In this document: one piece after another, positions 63,253 to 64,000 of the stretch
Layout of the letters: each line of letters opens with the position of its first letter
Position numbering within the stretch: the first letter of the stretch is position 1
Source: an uncultured delta proteobacterium
Lineage (GTDB): Bacteria; Desulfobacterota; WTBG01; CAIYCZ01; CAIRTM01
NCBI GenBank assembly: GCA_963804955.1
Contig: CAWDSQ010000007.1
Location: forward strand, 448,001 to 512,000
Length of the DNA stretch: 64,000 nt
Reading direction: 5' to 3'
Position numbers and translations under genes: made by a program
The notes under the pieces: model-generated
The model's input: the letters and a program-made list of their open reading frames with translations, nothing else
What the model was told of the DNA's origin: nothing
Databases searched by the model: none

Positions 63253-64000
63253 AAACCAGATACCCCCCCGATCAAAGAACCCCGTTCTGGCGCAGTATGA
63301 CGAAGTCTGCGCTTCTTTTTCCTGGGAGCAGGTTAACCGGGAGTTCTCCTGGCATGAGACGGGCAGGCTCAATATCGCCCATGAAGCAATCGGCCGCTTT
63401 GCCGCAGACCCTGCCATGGCCAATCAGCCATGCCTTATTTATTCGCTTCGGGAGCGGCGGGAAGTGTTTTCGTATGCCGAAATGGACAGGCTTTCAAACC
63501 GTTTCGGCAATGTGCTGCGGGGGCTGGGCGTCGGACGCGGCGACCGCGTTTTTCTTTTTCTGCCCAATATACCCGAGCTGTATATAGCCCTTGCCGGGTG
63601 CGCCAAAATCGGCGCGGTTATTGTTCCCCTGTATGCACAGTTCCGCAAAGCAGCCCTGCGCGACCGCATGCTTGACGCTCAGGGCTCGGTGCTCGTAACC
63701 ACGCCGCGCCACCGCAGCCATATACCTGATCAGGAGCTTCCCGCGCTTGAGCACATCATCATCGTGGGCGGGCAGACCGCAGCGCCTGAAGACGGCGAAA
63801 CTTTATGGAAAGACGAAATGGCACAGGCCCCGGACGAGCTGGCCATGGAGTGGCTGGAGCCGGATGCCCCGCTGTTCCTCATTTATACCTCCGGGCATGA
63901 CGGCAGGCCCATGGGGCTCGTGCATGTGCATGATGCCATGCGGGGCTATCTCATGACAGGCCGGTGGGCCCTTGATTTAAGGCCGGGGGACGTGCTCTGG
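63245..64000 (+). CDS. acsA: Acetyl-CoA synthetase-like protein, 5' part (frameshifted, runs off the window)
   Basis: FSW..FSWHETGRLNIAHEAI.R, SNRFGNVL..LGV.RGDRVF, PELY, KIGA...PL, LIYTSG..G.P.G.VHVH; missed by the ORF track. Confidence 0.75.
   Translation, partial: MFENQIPPRSKNPVLAQYDEVCASFSWEQVNREFSWHETGRLNIAHEAIGRFAADPAMANQPCLIYSLRERREVFSYAEMDRLSNRFGNVLRGLGVGRGDRVFLFLPNIPELYIALAGCAKIGAVIVPLYAQFRKAALRDRMLDAQGSVLVTTPRHRSHIPDQELPALEHIIIVGGQTAAPEDGETLWKDEMAQAPDELAMEWLEPDAPLFLIYTSGHDGRPMGLVHVHDAMRGYLMTGRWALDLRPGDVLW

Overview
A 64-kb, GC-rich, gene-dense chromosomal window. It most likely comes from an anaerobic Desulfobacterota-like (deltaproteobacterial) genome; this is inferred from MglA, a stand-alone EF-G, HdrD/CCG proteins, AOR, a 2-oxoacid:ferredoxin oxidoreductase operon and an octaheme cytochrome. 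Many genes, including fusA, continue across single-base frame changes, which points to uncorrected long-read indel errors, so gene boundaries were rebuilt by joining frames by eye. Housekeeping genes include fusA, serC, tal, hbd, rsmD, murC-like, mltG, ruvX, cvpA and tRNA-Ala(GGC). Notable items: (1) a c-di-GMP-I riboswitch with a visible antiterminator, plus a duplicated 45-bp operator, upstream of a cluster of secreted, lipoprotein and papain-like genes; (2) a 7-gene redox operon with two FAD oxidoreductases, two HdrD-like proteins, a ferredoxin, an AOR-like protein lacking its Fe-S cysteines and a small helical protein; (3) a RecA/KaiC-ATPase-SLOG fusion directly behind fusA; (4) a DRTGG/kinase/PHP signalling module with no hydrogenase next to it; (5) two toxin-antitoxin clusters, one bounded by a 19-bp direct repeat; (6) a membrane-anchored protein resembling ferredoxin-dependent bilin reductases; (7) two acyl-CoA ligase homologs with degenerate P-loops; (8) GAGC-ended MITEs and REP-like palindromes. 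No rRNA, CRISPR array, transposase, integrase or phage structural gene was seen. All family calls come from motif recognition, not database searches.
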